From Dehalococcoidia bacterium (lineage in GTDB: Bacteria; Chloroflexota; Dehalococcoidia; Lucifugimonadales; Lucifugimonadaceae), in contig JAPYUK010000002.1 of the NCBI GenBank assembly GCA_029936155.1, positions 13,786-77,785 on the forward strand: DNA of 64,000 nt. Reading direction: 5' to 3'. A model generated the notes under the pieces. That model was not told where the DNA came from. It worked only from the letters and a program-made list of their open reading frames with translations, and searched no databases. Both the position numbers and the translations under genes were made by a program. Positions 55,124-64,000 of this stretch are shown piece after piece; position 1 is the first letter of the stretch; each line of letters opens with the position of its first letter.

Positions 55124-56023
55124 ATGACAAGTAACGACACAGTCGAGCGCGGCTCGGCGTTGACATTGTTGGGTGATTTCATTGCACTCACGAAGCCGCG
55201 CGTCATGTCGCTTCTACTGGTTTCGGCTGTGGCTGGAGCATTTATCGGCACCGGGTCTACCCCGACTTCAGAAGTCATTCTGGCTGTGCTGGTCGGTGGC
55301 GCTCTGGCATCCGGTGGTGCAGCTGCGCTCAATATGGCGTACGAAAGCGAACTGGACCGGCGGATGGGGCGGACAAAAAATCGACCAGTCGCCGAAGGGC
55401 GAATTTCTGCTCGAGTTGCCATGCTGTATGGACTGGTGCTCAATGTCGGGGCATTTGTCGTTCTGGCACTTTTGACAAATGTGCTGGCTGCCTCATTGGC
55501 GATCGCGGGAACAGTTCTGTACTTCGGACTCTATACGGTCATACTGAAGCGAACGACTACCCAGAACATCGTTATCGGCGGTGCTGCGGGGGCCGTGCCT
55601 CCGCTAGTTGGTTATGCGGCGGCGACTGGATCGGTTGATCTGGTAGCGTGGTACATGTTCGTCATCGTATTCTTCTGGACTCCACCGCATTTTTGGGCCC
55701 TGGCGATCATGATCAAAGACGATTATGCAAAGGCCGACATTCCGATGCTTCCGGTGGTGCGCGGGATTGAACACACGAGCGTGCAGATTATGCTCTACTC
55801 GGTGATTCTCTCGGTGCTTACGATTCTGTTTGGTGTCGTATCTGATTCGCTTGGCTGGACGTACATGATCGGCGCCACCCTGCTCTGTGCGGCGTTCATC
55901 TGGTACGCGTACAAGCTCTTGAAGTCACCCGATCGACCTACGGCAACCAGCCTCTATAAGTACTCACTACTGTTCCTGGCGCTGTTCTTTGTGCTGGTGA
56001 TGGTCGATTCCGTTATCGCGTAG
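55124..56023 (+). CDS. ctaB: Protoheme IX farnesyltransferase (heme O synthase)
   Basis: LTKPRV, D..M.RT.NRP, LKR.T.QNIVIGG, FFWTPPHFWALA, DY.KA.IPMLP. Confidence 0.97.
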   Translation: MTSNDTVERGSALTLLGDFIALTKPRVMSLLLVSAVAGAFIGTGSTPTSEVILAVLVGGALASGGAAALNMAYESELDRRMGRTKNRPVAEGRISARVAMLYGLVLNVGAFVVLALLTNVLAASLAIAGTVLYFGLYTVILKRTTTQNIVIGGAAGAVPPLVGYAAATGSVDLVAWYMFVIVFFWTPPHFWALAIMIKDDYAKADIPMLPVVRGIEHTSVQIMLYSVILSVLTILFGVVSDSLGWTYMIGATLLCAAFIWYAYKLLKSPDRPTATSLYKYSLLFLALFFVLVMVDSVIA

Positions 56024-56093
56024 CGAGTCCCCTAAGCGGAATTGATTTGATTCTCTTTGCCATTTCGCGAGTTCCCGAGCGGATTGCATCCGA

Positions 56094-56215
56094 AGTCGAG
56101 GGATCTCTAAGCCAACAGCCACCTGCAAGCCGGGAACGTCCATTTGGCCGAATGTCGCTGGCCGTGCAATTTGTGAATCCTCCGAAATCGCTACGCCCTT
56201 CGACAAGCTCAAGAT
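56094..56215. repeat. REP-like palindromic elements
   Basis: AGTCGAGGGATCT (56094-56106) and CCCTTCGACAAGCTCAAGAT (56196-56215), matching copies at 641, 40251 and 32510. Confidence 0.6.
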
Positions 56216-56261
56216 CCACTTCGGTCGTGAAAATCTGTGAGCAAATTTCCTGAGGTAGCGA

Positions 56262-57317
56262 GTGTCTCCTTTCGCGAATCGGCGGTACGATGTGGACGTG
56301 GGATTCATCAGAACAACATTCACATTACTGGGTATCGCCGGTGGCAGTTACATTGGCGTATCTTCGGCCATGGCAGCCAGTCTTACCCGAACGAGCCGCG
56401 TGCGACCCAATGATGCAGAGACGCCAGAGTCAGTAGGACTGGAATACAGGGATGTCAGCTTCACAAGTCGAGGTGGTGATGCCAGGCTTTCGGGCTGGAT
56501 CATCCCACCTGGATCCGGAGTCGGCTCGCCTCGAACGACAGCACGTGGAACATCGTGGATCATCATGCTGCACGGCGATGACACAAATCGCGCCGACTCT
56601 AAGACCGGGACTCTAGGTATCGCACGTGAGCTGAGCAATCATGGCTTCGGAATTTTCATGTTCGACCTGCGCGGTCGAGGAGATTCTCCGGCGGTGATGT
56701 CGTCTTCAGGCTACTTCGAACGATTGGACCTACAGGGAGCGTCGGACTATCTCGTTAGCAAGGGTACCGATCGAACCCGTATCGGTGTGCTTGGATTTGC
56801 ACTCGGTGGTGCGGTTGGGCTGATGGCGGGATCGAATCCAAACAACTTTGGAGCCGTGGTTGCAGACAGTTCGTTCGCCGATTACTCGCTCGTGCTCCGC
56901 ACCTCTATGACCGGAATAAAACGCCCACTTACTCTGTCGATACCCGGGATGAATTTCATTGCGAGGTCGATCTACGGCATCGACGTTTCCGAGATATCGC
57001 CAGCGCGTGCCATTGCCCGCTCCGACACACCAGTACTGGTGATTCACGGGGAAGAAGACACGGTTATACCCGTCGAGCACGCTCGGCTGCTGGGCCGTGC
57101 CATCGGAGCCAGTTTCGACGAGATCGAGACAGGGCAGGAGACGGTGTGGATAGTGCCGGGTGCTGGCCACACCGGTGCGTTTAGAACTGAGCCAGCCGCT
57201 TATATCAACAAGCTGGTTAAATTCTATGAGGCGAATCTTGGTGCGCCTCATAAGTCACATTCTCTACCTGCGCAAAGTTCGGATGCTCCAGAAACTCCGG
57301 AAGCCCGAGCCGACTAG
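56262..57317 (+). CDS. Alpha/beta hydrolase fold protein with nucleophile Ser replaced by Ala (start may be GTG 56298)
   Basis: LSGW, MLHG, FDLRGRGDS, IGVLGFALGG, IHGEEDTVIP, VPGAGH. Confidence 0.88.
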   Translation: MSPFANRRYDVDVGFIRTTFTLLGIAGGSYIGVSSAMAASLTRTSRVRPNDAETPESVGLEYRDVSFTSRGGDARLSGWIIPPGSGVGSPRTTARGTSWIIMLHGDDTNRADSKTGTLGIARELSNHGFGIFMFDLRGRGDSPAVMSSSGYFERLDLQGASDYLVSKGTDRTRIGVLGFALGGAVGLMAGSNPNNFGAVVADSSFADYSLVLRTSMTGIKRPLTLSIPGMNFIARSIYGIDVSEISPARAIARSDTPVLVIHGEEDTVIPVEHARLLGRAIGASFDEIETGQETVWIVPGAGHTGAFRTEPAAYINKLVKFYEANLGAPHKSHSLPAQSSDAPETPEARAD

Positions 57318-57328
57318 CAGCGGGCCAA

Positions 57329-57688
57329 CTAAGCAGGGAGTGCGTCCTGTGCCAACTTCACAACTTCGGTAAAGCCTTCAGGCTCTCGAACTGCGAGCTC
57401 TGCAAGCGACTTGCGGTCGAGTTCGATACCAGCGAGCGCCAATCCGTGGATCAGGCTTGCGTAGTTGATTCCGAGTGCTCGGGCTGCAGCGTTGATCCGA
57501 ACGATCTGGAGAGACCTGTTCGTGCGCTTCTTCAGACGGCGGTGCGCCGTTGAGTATGCCTGTGCGTGTGTCAGCGACTCACGAGCGACGCGATAGCGCC
57601 TGCTTCGTGAAGCCCTGTGACCGCGCGTTGCTTTGAGTACGGCTTTGTGCCGCCTTCGTGTTGTCGTTCCACCCTTAACCCTGGCCAA
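57329..57688 (-). CDS. rplT: 50S ribosomal protein bL20
   Basis: MARVKGG..RRRHK.VLK, IVRINAAAR, IELDRKSLAELAV. Confidence 0.97.
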   Translation of the reverse strand: MARVKGGTTTRRRHKAVLKATRGHRASRSRRYRVARESLTHAQAYSTAHRRLKKRTNRSLQIVRINAAARALGINYASLIHGLALAGIELDRKSLAELAVREPEGFTEVVKLAQDALPA

Positions 57689-57724
57689 CTTACTTCTCCT
57701 CGATCAAACGATCGCCGAAATTTT

Positions 57725-57928
57725 CTAGCGAAGTGCGCTGATTGCCTGCTTGATGGTGCGCGCCATCCTCGTTGAGTCGAGAGGGACTTTGCCGCCGAAC
57801 AGCCGCTTTACACGCGCTGCCTTGCGTCGGCGGAAGTGGCTCTTGGGACCCTTCGATCTCAGCACCTTTCCGGTACCACTAATGTGGAACCGCTTCTTGG
57901 CGCCCTTGTGGGTCTTCATCTTCGGCAT
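57725..57928 (-). CDS. rpmI: 50S ribosomal protein bL35
   Basis: MPKMKTHKGAKKRF..SGTGK. Confidence 0.97.
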   Translation of the reverse strand: MPKMKTHKGAKKRFHISGTGKVLRSKGPKSHFRRRKAARVKRLFGGKVPLDSTRMARTIKQAISALR

Positions 57929-57991
57929 ATCAGGTTGTTTCCATTCTCAAATCTCAGTACTGAAGTCTGCGCTGTAAATTGCTCAGACTGG

Positions 57992-58606
57992 TTATTCGGT
58001 TGCGCTCTCACCATCAGATGGTGCATTACCGGCCGCGGTCACTGCTGCTGCTGCGGGCGCTGACTTTTCCTGTCGTTCTCGTTCTTTCTGTTGGGGTGAT
58101 GGTGCCAAAAGTATGCTCAGCACTCGTCCCTCCATCCCGGGTGGTTTTTCCAGTTTTGCAACTGAAGCCATACCTTCTGCGACTTTCCTCAGTACCTTCA
58201 TTGCAATTTCGGGGTGAGCACGCTGCCTACCTCGGAACCTAACGAAGACCCTGACCTTGGCTCCTTCAGCGAGAAGCTTTTTGGTGATGTTGATTTTCGT
58301 TTGGACGTCGTTGTCCGACATCACAGGGCTGAGTCTTACGTCTTTTTGTTTACTAGCACTCCGTGAGACCATTCGAGCCTCACGTTGCTTTTTGTTTTGG
58401 ATAAATTTGAATCGACCATAATCCAGCAAGCGACATACCGGTGGATCTTGGTTAGGGCCTACCTCAACAAGATCGAGGCCTTCGTCTTGTGCCAGGTCTA
58501 GCGCGTCACGAATGTGCATCACTACTGACTCAGTTGAGTCCTCGCCACGGATTACCCGAACTTCTTCGGCTCGAATTCGGCGATTCACCCTAAATTCTTT
58601 TGCTAT
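57992..58606 (-). CDS. infC: Translation initiation factor IF-3, non-canonical ATA start
   Basis: AGGAG-aaagcaac-ATA GCA AAA GAA; RVN..IRA.EVRVI, GLDLVEV, PPVCRLLDYGRFKF, VRFRGR. Confidence 0.93.
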   Translation of the reverse strand: MAKEFRVNRRIRAEEVRVIRGEDSTESVVMHIRDALDLAQDEGLDLVEVGPNQDPPVCRLLDYGRFKFIQNKKQREARMVSRSASKQKDVRLSPVMSDNDVQTKINITKKLLAEGAKVRVFVRFRGRQRAHPEIAMKVLRKVAEGMASVAKLEKPPGMEGRVLSILLAPSPQQKERERQEKSAPAAAAVTAAGNAPSDGESATE

Positions 58607-58985
58607 GTTGCTTTCTCCTAGTTCATCGAACGGGCTCCAATTTTGGGGTTCCCATTGAACTGCACAGTTCAATTCACTCTAAAAAAGCGCACTTCTCGAT
58701 GACGTTGAATTGGTCGAACTTCCAATATATCAATCATGCGCCCGATACTCAATTGGAAACCAGTACGAATCTTTACATGCAGGCTGCACGCAATACAGGC
58801 TGACTCCAATGCGGCGAAATATGGCCGCTATGCTACGATTACAGAGCCTAGGGACAGTGTGATTTCGTCACACATTTCTTGTCTCGACATTGTCGGTTGA
58901 ATCGTAGTAGAACGAATCTCATCTAAAAAGTTGGGTGAATTCAACAACAACCGACTTAGTAGTAGCAATAGGACGGCCAGGACAA

Positions 58986-60929
58986 ATGAGCAACCGCTGG
59001 ATGAGGAATAGCCTCGTCTACCTCGTGATCATCGTCGCAGTGATCACCGTTTTCTTCATGTTTGTCGATTCACCTGTGGGTGATTCTCAGGAAATCGGTA
59101 TCAACGAAGTTGTCGAGTTGGCGAAAAACAGTAGTGGATCTTCCCGCCTCGAGATCGAGGTGAAGGGCGATTCGCTCACCATTACTGATGGACTGAATAT
59201 CTTTACTTCCCGCAAAGAAGAGGGTTCAAGCATCGCCGAACTACTGGGCAACGCAGGAGTAGACGGTGCGAACTACACGGTAAAGGTCGATTCGGGCGGC
59301 GGCTTTGGCAGCCTGTTCGGAATTCTTATCGGCTTCCTACCGCTGATCCTATTCGGTGGAATTCTGCTGTTCATGATGCGTCAGGCACAGGGCAACAACT
59401 CGCAACAGATGAGTTTTGGACGCAGTAAGGCTCGAATGTTTGTTGGCACGAAGGCGACTGTTACGTTCTTTGATGTTGCCGGTGTTCCCGAGGCTAAAGA
59501 AGAACTTGAAGAGGTAGTCGAATTCTTAAAATATCCTGAACGGTTCCAGGCACTCGGAGCGAAGATCCCGTCAGGCGTACTGCTTGTGGGACCTCCTGGA
59601 ACTGGTAAAACCCTACTTGCACGAGCTGTGGCTGGTGAGGCCGGGGTTCCGTTCTTCTCGATTTCTGGTTCTGAATTTGTTGAGATGTTTGTTGGTGTTG
59701 GCGCGTCACGCGTGCGTGACCTGTTTGAGCAGGCACGACGCCACTCACCCTGCATCATCTTCGTCGATGAAATCGATGCTGTTGGTCGACACCGTGGTGC
59801 TGGACTAGGTGGTGGTCACGATGAGCGTGAGCAGACACTCAACCAGATTCTCGTAGAGATGGACGGATTTGACTCAGCTACCAATGTGATCGTAATTGCG
59901 GCGACGAACCGACCCGACATTCTCGACCCGGCACTGCTACGTCCAGGTCGATTCGACCGTCGCGTCATTCTTGACAGCCCTGACATCCGAGGCCGCACGG
60001 CGATTCTCGATGTTCACGCTAAAGGGAAGCCGGTAGACAAAGGCGTTGATTTCGCAAACGTGGCGAAGCAGACTCCCGGATTCTCTGGGGCCGATCTTGC
60101 AAACCTGATTAACGAGGCGGCTCTACTGGCTGCCCGAAACAATCAGAAGACGATCAGCTACGACAATCTGACCGAGGCGATTGACCGGGTGTCGATGGGA
60201 CCGGCTCGCAAGAGCAAGGTAATCAGTGAGAAAGATCGTAAGACAACCGCATACCATGAGGCCGGTCACGCTCTGGTCGCGCACCTGATGCCGGGCGGTT
60301 CGCCTATCGGCAAGATTTCGATTATTGCTCGTGGTCAGGCTGGTGGGTTCACCCGCTGGCAGCAGGAAGACAAGTCGTACGCCTCAAAGGAAGAACTTGA
60401 AGCACAGATCGCTGCGGCGATGGGTGGTAGAGCCGCTGAGGTACTCAAGATTGGAAATGTCACCACAGGTGCATCGAACGACTTCGAGCAGGCAACGTCT
60501 ATCGCTCGCGAGATGGTGATGCGTCTGGGCATGAGCGAAAAACTGTCGCATCGTTCGTTCGGTAAGCGACAGGGTGGTGCAGTGTTCTTGGGTAGAGAGA
60601 TGTCGGAAGAACGCGACTACTCGCTCAAGACCGAGAGAATCATCGACGACGAGATCAACCGATTCCTACGAGAAGGTGACGAACGTGCCGTCTCAGTGCT
60701 GGAATCGCACGACAAAGAGCTTGAGGGTATCGCCGAGTTCCTGTTGGAGCATGAGACGATCGATGCTGAGCAGTTTGTCGCTCTTATCGAAGGTAAGGAT
60801 CCGTTGCTTGCCAGCCCAATGGCCACCGACGATCCGACTCAACAGAGCGACCCGCCGTCGGATCTGACAACCGACCAGATTGACGTCGAGATGGACGGGG
60901 CTGCCGATCCGGAACCTCAGGCTACTTAG
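58986..60929 (+). CDS. ftsH: ATP-dependent zinc metalloprotease FtsH
   Basis: 2 TMs, [40 protein letters not shown]. Confidence 0.98.
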   Translation: MSNRWMRNSLVYLVIIVAVITVFFMFVDSPVGDSQEIGINEVVELAKNSSGSSRLEIEVKGDSLTITDGLNIFTSRKEEGSSIAELLGNAGVDGANYTVKVDSGGGFGSLFGILIGFLPLILFGGILLFMMRQAQGNNSQQMSFGRSKARMFVGTKATVTFFDVAGVPEAKEELEEVVEFLKYPERFQALGAKIPSGVLLVGPPGTGKTLLARAVAGEAGVPFFSISGSEFVEMFVGVGASRVRDLFEQARRHSPCIIFVDEIDAVGRHRGAGLGGGHDEREQTLNQILVEMDGFDSATNVIVIAATNRPDILDPALLRPGRFDRRVILDSPDIRGRTAILDVHAKGKPVDKGVDFANVAKQTPGFSGADLANLINEAALLAARNNQKTISYDNLTEAIDRVSMGPARKSKVISEKDRKTTAYHEAGHALVAHLMPGGSPIGKISIIARGQAGGFTRWQQEDKSYASKEELEAQIAAAMGGRAAEVLKIGNVTTGASNDFEQATSIAREMVMRLGMSEKLSHRSFGKRQGGAVFLGREMSEERDYSLKTERIIDDEINRFLREGDERAVSVLESHDKELEGIAEFLLEHETIDAEQFVALIEGKDPLLASPMATDDPTQQSDPPSDLTTDQIDVEMDGAADPEPQAT

Positions 60930-60964
60930 CTGGGGATTACTGTTTGGCAATAAATAGAATTCTT

Positions 60965-60994
60965 GAAACGGCGTTATTGGCGCCGTTTCTTTTT
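60965..60994 (+). terminator. Intrinsic terminator after ftsH
   Basis: gaaacggcg-ttattgg-cgccgtttc-ttttt. Confidence 0.85.
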
Positions 60995-61055
60995 GGTACT
61001 GTTCGCTCTTCTAAGAACTTAGGTTAGTCTCACATACAGAGTCAAAAGATGAATC

Positions 61056-61715
61056 ATGAGCAACGTATTTAGTGGTGAAAAGTGTTCGATCGACAGGTTC
61101 GTATCGGGCTTTTCGAACAATGCGTTTCTAATCACCTGCATGCGTACCGGCATGTCTGTGATCATCGATACACCTGCCGACCCGACCGAGTTGATTGAGG
61201 CCGCTGAAATCACGAGAGTCGAGGCGGTGCTTATCACGCACGGCCACCGGGATCACGTTGAGGGATTCGGCGATGTCAGCCGTAACTTCCATGTCCCAGC
61301 AGGTATCGGAGCTGACGATCGAGAGTCGCTTCCGACTTCGGCGAATGTCGTCATTGAAGTCTCGACTGGCAACACGATCGTAGTCGGCGATATTACGCTT
61401 CGTGCCATGGCGACTCCGGGGCATACACCCGGCTCGACCTGCTATCTGCTCGAATCGCCCGACAACAGTGATATTACTCACGTTTTCACCGGCGATACTC
61501 TATTCCCTGGAGGCCCAGGAAAGTCGTCTTCACATGAGGCGCTAAATCAGATAGTAGAGTCGCTGAAATCGCACATCTTTACGTTGCCCGACTCGACCGT
61601 CGTTCTGCCGGGGCACGGTGAATTCACCACTATTGGCGATTCGAAGCGGGAGTTTGCGGTTTTCGAATCTAAGCCGACCGACCCAAGCCTGTATGGTGAC
61701 GTTACCTGGGCCTGA
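61056..61715 (+). CDS. Metallo-beta-lactamase fold hydrolase (glyoxalase II-like)
   Basis: THGHRDH, TPGHTPGS, FTGDTLF, LPGHG. Confidence 0.92.
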   Translation: MSNVFSGEKCSIDRFVSGFSNNAFLITCMRTGMSVIIDTPADPTELIEAAEITRVEAVLITHGHRDHVEGFGDVSRNFHVPAGIGADDRESLPTSANVVIEVSTGNTIVVGDITLRAMATPGHTPGSTCYLLESPDNSDITHVFTGDTLFPGGPGKSSSHEALNQIVESLKSHIFTLPDSTVVLPGHGEFTTIGDSKREFAVFESKPTDPSLYGDVTWA

Positions 61716-61758
61716 TCGTTCACCCCTTATTTACCCACTCACATTCGCAACCCATCAC

Positions 61759-62682
61759 GTGAATCCGCAAACAACCCCAACCGAACCTCGCTGGAACAGC
61801 GTCTCGTTGCTTCCAGACGTTAAGTGGGGGCCTCTTGAGGTTGTTGTCGCGGCGACGGTGACGATGTTGCTGGTGATAGCGATTCTCAGTTTTGGCAGGG
61901 CGATCGGTACTGATGCCGGGTTCGATACCTCAGTTGCTTCTCCATACGGCTACTACGTTGGTCTACTATCGGCAGCGCTGGCACTCGCCTTGTTGCGCCT
62001 CACACGTTCTCCGTACTGGCCGATAATGCTCGCTCTTGCTTTAGGTGTCGGGATGATCGCAGTCAGCTACGAACTGGCAACTGATATTGGTAGCGGTACC
62101 GCTGATCTTGCCGGTGTGCCGGTTGCGATTATCTCAGCGACCGCAATGTCCGGGGCCTTCGTTGCAACGGGCTTTTCGTTTTCGGCGCTGTTGTTTCGTG
62201 CTCCGCTGAGTTCCCTTGGATTCGTAAGTACCAAAGGCCTCAAACCGTACGTTTTCGCGGTCGGCATGTGGCTAATTGGGCTGAGTATTTTGATGCTGTG
62301 GGTTCAAGCGCTCATTTGGCTCGGTGTTGACCTGCTGGTGCCGCCGGACACCGCACAAAAAGCCCTTGATGAGGCTGGCGGGAGCATCGTAGTGACGATA
62401 ATCCTCGTTGGGATTGTTGGACCCATTGCCGAAGAGGTATTCTTTCGAGGATTCGTGCTTACGGGATTGGTAAAACGATTCGGAGTAGGCAGGTCGCTTC
62501 TGTTGAGCTCGCTTATGTTTGGCCTGTTTCACATTGATCCGGGCGCCATCGTGCCCACGTTCGCTCTGGGATTGGCTCTTGGCTGGGTGTACCTTAAAAC
62601 TGGTTCGATTTGGCCAGCGATGTTTGCCCATGGGCTGCACAATACTGTGGCTGTGCTGATCGCCAAGTACGCAACGACCTGA
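61759..62682 (+). CDS. CPBP/CAAX (Abi) intramembrane glutamic endopeptidase
   Basis: PIAEEVFFRG, FGLFH, AHGLHN motifs; GTG start at 61759. Confidence 0.9.
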   Translation: MNPQTTPTEPRWNSVSLLPDVKWGPLEVVVAATVTMLLVIAILSFGRAIGTDAGFDTSVASPYGYYVGLLSAALALALLRLTRSPYWPIMLALALGVGMIAVSYELATDIGSGTADLAGVPVAIISATAMSGAFVATGFSFSALLFRAPLSSLGFVSTKGLKPYVFAVGMWLIGLSILMLWVQALIWLGVDLLVPPDTAQKALDEAGGSIVVTIILVGIVGPIAEEVFFRGFVLTGLVKRFGVGRSLLLSSLMFGLFHIDPGAIVPTFALGLALGWVYLKTGSIWPAMFAHGLHNTVAVLIAKYATT

Positions 62683-62723
62683 TCTACAGCAACCACCTAC
62701 CTATCGAGGAATCCACAAGCCAA

Positions 62724-63542
62724 ATGGCAACAGATAGAATTCAAGAAGCGTTCAGGAAGGCCGAATCCGAGGGCCGAATCGCTCTTGCGCCGTATGTGAC
62801 GGTCGGCTTTCCTGAGCTCGGGTTGACGGCCGATATCGTTCGGTCGTTAGTCGAGGCTGGTGCGGATGTTGTGGAGCTCGGCGTGCCATTCAGCGATCCG
62901 CTTGGCGAAGGACCAACGATTCAGGCCTCGAGTCACAAGGCACTTGTGAACGGTGTCACGCCCGAGACCTGTTTTGAAACTGTCAAAGACATTCGAGCCG
63001 CTGGAATCGATGTGCCGATTATCTTCATGGGCTACTACAACACCATATTGTCGATGGGTCTCGACGAATATTGCTCAAGCGCAAGTGGCGCTGGAGTCGA
63101 CGGAATCATCGCTGCCGACCTTCCTGCCGCCGAGGCAGGACCGCTTCAGGACGCGTGCGACGCCGCTGGGCTCTCGCTCGTACCATTGATCGCTCTTACC
63201 TCGACTGATCAGTCGATCGAGCACGCCTGCAAGAGAGCCAAGGGGTTTATCTACTGCATTTCGGTGCTGGGGGTTACGGGCGCACGAGCCACGATGTCAG
63301 ATCGAGTCGAGGGGCTTGCGAATAAAGTCCGAGGCTATACCGATCTTCCTATCGGGATTGGATTCGGTATCTCGAACGCAGGGCATGTGGCAGAAGCTGC
63401 TGAGTTCGCCGACGGAGTTGCGATTGGTAGCGCAGTTATTAACGCCCTTGCTGACGGCGATCCGGCGGGGGCTGCGGAACGAGGTGGAGCGTACATAAGA
63501 TCGCTGGTACCCGGCACACCACGAAAAGTCGTGGCAAACTAG
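62724..63542 (+). CDS. trpA: Tryptophan synthase alpha chain
   Basis: ELGVPFSDPLGEGPTIQ, MGYYN, DLP, GFIYCISVLGVTGAR, GFGIS, ADGVAIGSA. Confidence 0.97.
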   Translation: MATDRIQEAFRKAESEGRIALAPYVTVGFPELGLTADIVRSLVEAGADVVELGVPFSDPLGEGPTIQASSHKALVNGVTPETCFETVKDIRAAGIDVPIIFMGYYNTILSMGLDEYCSSASGAGVDGIIAADLPAAEAGPLQDACDAAGLSLVPLIALTSTDQSIEHACKRAKGFIYCISVLGVTGARATMSDRVEGLANKVRGYTDLPIGIGFGISNAGHVAEAAEFADGVAIGSAVINALADGDPAGAAERGGAYIRSLVPGTPRKVVAN

Positions 63543-63598
63543 GTCGCCATAATCGACGATCACGAGAAGCGACACACTGGGTCGACTAGGGGAAAAGA

Positions 63599-63979
63599 TT
63601 GGCAACGAAGGTTCGAGGCGTCAAAGGTGCAACAACCACTACTGGCACTACTGCTGAAGATGTTCTTGTAGCAACTGAGCAACTTCTGAAGACTCTGATT
63701 GATGAAAACGGCATCGATCAGGACGACGTTGCGTCGGTTCAGTTCACCACCAGCCCCGATCTCATTGCCGAGTTCCCTGCAGTGGCGGCTCGAGAGCGCA
63801 TTGGCTGGAACGATGTGCCGCTAATGTGCGGACACGAAATGGCCCGACCCGGTGCTTTAAGTCAGTGCATACGTATACTTATTTTGTGGAACACTGAAAA
63901 GGCTCAGAACGAAGTTATGCACGCGTACCTTAACGAAGCTGCTAAACTTCGCCCCGATCTTTCTACGGCAACCACGTAA
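63599..63979 (+). CDS. aroH: Chorismate mutase, AroH type
   Basis: VRGVKGATT, FTTSPDL.AEFPA.AAR..GW..VPLMC..EM, CIRIL, YL..A.KLRPD. Confidence 0.93.
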   Translation: MATKVRGVKGATTTTGTTAEDVLVATEQLLKTLIDENGIDQDDVASVQFTTSPDLIAEFPAVAARERIGWNDVPLMCGHEMARPGALSQCIRILILWNTEKAQNEVMHAYLNEAAKLRPDLSTATT

Positions 63980-64000
63980 ACAGCATGAGCGAACACAACT

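Noticed and set aside
58657-58670. GAAC...GTTC as a LexA box
   Set aside because: The spacer is 6 nt rather than 4, and it is part of a longer hairpin in the infC leader
1-64000. tRNA/rRNA genes, prophage, integrase, defence island
   Set aside because: No cloverleaf or T-loop signature, rRNA segment, phage or recombinase motif recognised by eye; the only defence-like gene is the solitary methyltransferase

Overview
About 64 kb of bacterial chromosome, mostly core genes. It most likely comes from a Chloroflexota Dehalococcoidia/SAR202-like organism; this is inferred from several mandelate-racemase/enolase, DHDPS-like, MFS and family-5 SBP paralogues together with a sortase and ctaA/ctaB. Housekeeping genes: ferredoxin, sulfite/nitrite reductase, rimI, ruvCAB, yceD-rpmF-fabD-nusB-acpP, udg, rnj-ftsK, fused accDA, tsaD, ctaAB, infC-rpmI-rplT, ftsH, trpA-aroH. 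A catabolic island (about 32.9-50.4 kb) holds a Dpp/Opp-type SBP and permeases, 3 enolases, 3 MFS transporters, a HAD, a DHDPS-like protein, an HpcH aldolase and a metallophosphoesterase. I found no tRNA, rRNA, CRISPR array, integrase or transposase. The best unannotated signal is a near-leaderless 15-aa Cys-Cys leader peptide with alternative RNA pairings directly upstream of the sulfite reductase, a candidate cysteine-sensing attenuator. Other signals: several apparent pseudo-enzymes (cupredoxin without Cu ligands, DHDPS without the Schiff-base Lys, alpha/beta hydrolase with Ser>Ala), at least six decaying pseudogenes or remnants (three with internal deletions), a detached QLGMF clamp-binding tail behind udg, possible non-canonical start codons, and dispersed REP-like palindromes. 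All family assignments come from motif recognition by eye; no searches or folding computations were run.
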